In this document: positions 63,746 through 64,000 of the stretch, in pieces
Position numbering within the stretch: position 1 is the stretch's first letter
How the letters are laid out: each line of letters begins with the position of its first letter
From: Sphingomonas sp.
Lineage (GTDB): Bacteria; Pseudomonadota; Alphaproteobacteria; Sphingomonadales; Sphingomonadaceae
Reading direction: 5' to 3'
NCBI GenBank assembly: GCA_049318505.1
Contig: JBMOGG010000001.1
Coordinates: 53,677 to 117,676 of the forward strand
DNA: 64,000 bases
Program-made: the position numbers and the translations under genes
Notes under the pieces: generated by a model
Seen by the model: the letters and a program-made list of their open reading frames with translations, nothing else
Databases searched by the model: none
What the model was told of the DNA's origin: nothing

Positions 63746-63762
63746 TGGCATATGCGATGCCA
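63746..63762. promoter_or_regulatory. palindrome TGGCAT-atgcg-ATGCCA upstream of the dehalogenase operon
   Basis: Same half-sites, spacing and flanks (cta[a/t]...tt) as the core of the 56053-56083 palindrome. Confidence 0.6.
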
Positions 63763-63797
63763 TTTCCCGCCCTAACCGTCAATGCGCAGCCCGGCGG

Positions 63798-64000
63798 TCA
63801 GTCGGGCACTTTTGCCAATGTGCTGTCGAGCAGGAGCTTGACCACGGCCTGCGCCGTCTCGACCGGCATGGCCTGGTCATGGCGCAGCAACCGCCAGGTC
63901 TGGAAACTGAGGATCACATTTAGCGCCGCCGCACCGACCGGGTCTTGCGCAACCCGTGCCGGCAGCTGCGCTTCGACAATGGACGTCTCCATGGCGAGCA
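63798..64000 (-). CDS. TetR-like transcriptional regulator, C-terminal part only (5' end outside window)
   Basis: The frame is open to the window edge. The C-terminal pattern (ALNVILSFQTWRLLRHDQAMPVETAQAVVKLL) resembles TetR ligand-domain tails. Confidence 0.45.
   Translation of the reverse strand, partial: LAMETSIVEAQLPARVAQDPVGAAALNVILSFQTWRLLRHDQAMPVETAQAVVKLLLDSTLAKVPD

Overview
This is a visibly GC-rich (mid-60s %GC by eye, not computed), very densely packed bacterial chromosomal segment. About 60 protein genes are supported, many joined by ATGA/TGATG/TAATG start-stop overlaps. Gene content and order look alphaproteobacterial and Sphingomonadaceae-like; this is an inference from composition and synteny, with no search run. 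The supporting clusters are rpmF-plsX-fabH-ihfA-merR, lgt-MidA-like methyltransferase-pgeF, class I lysyl-tRNA synthetase, an Rrf2-regulated suf operon, and an Mla-like ABC operon with a STAS-extended permease. I saw no rRNA, tRNA, CRISPR array, transposase, integrase or phage genes, so most of the window is ordinary core genome. The best candidate for an undescribed system is the right-hand ~8.4 kb (55.6-64.0 kb). It holds two convergent, translationally coupled operons made mostly of uncharacterised or loosely assigned proteins. One is MBL-fold hydrolase / DUF3604 lipoprotein / PPIase-like anchor protein / long HupE-UreJ. The other is TetR-like / haloalkane-dehalogenase-like hydrolase / DUF1330 / DsbA-like HCCA isomerase / membrane di-iron hydroxylase. 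Both are preceded by the same palindromic motif TGGCAT-N5-ATGCCA with matching flanks, one copy sitting inside a perfect 31-nt palindrome. Other points worth a second look:
- The suf operon carries two non-canonical, translationally coupled inserts (a low-GC 90-codon ORF and a GNAT) and a REP-like hairpin between sufD and sufS.
- A perfect 10-bp inverted repeat abuts the Rrf2 start.
- An orphan plus-strand intrinsic terminator lies in the pyrD/AraC gap.
- A decayed GAF-domain gene remnant contains an in-frame amber codon.
- A ligase/PdeM DNA-damage pair is split by a secreted tandem retropepsin-like protease.
- A DinG-like helicase is coupled to SixA-like and GNAT genes.
- rpmF (59 aa) is absent from the supplied ORF track.
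Start codons were chosen by alignment logic, RBS and coupling, and several are uncertain.
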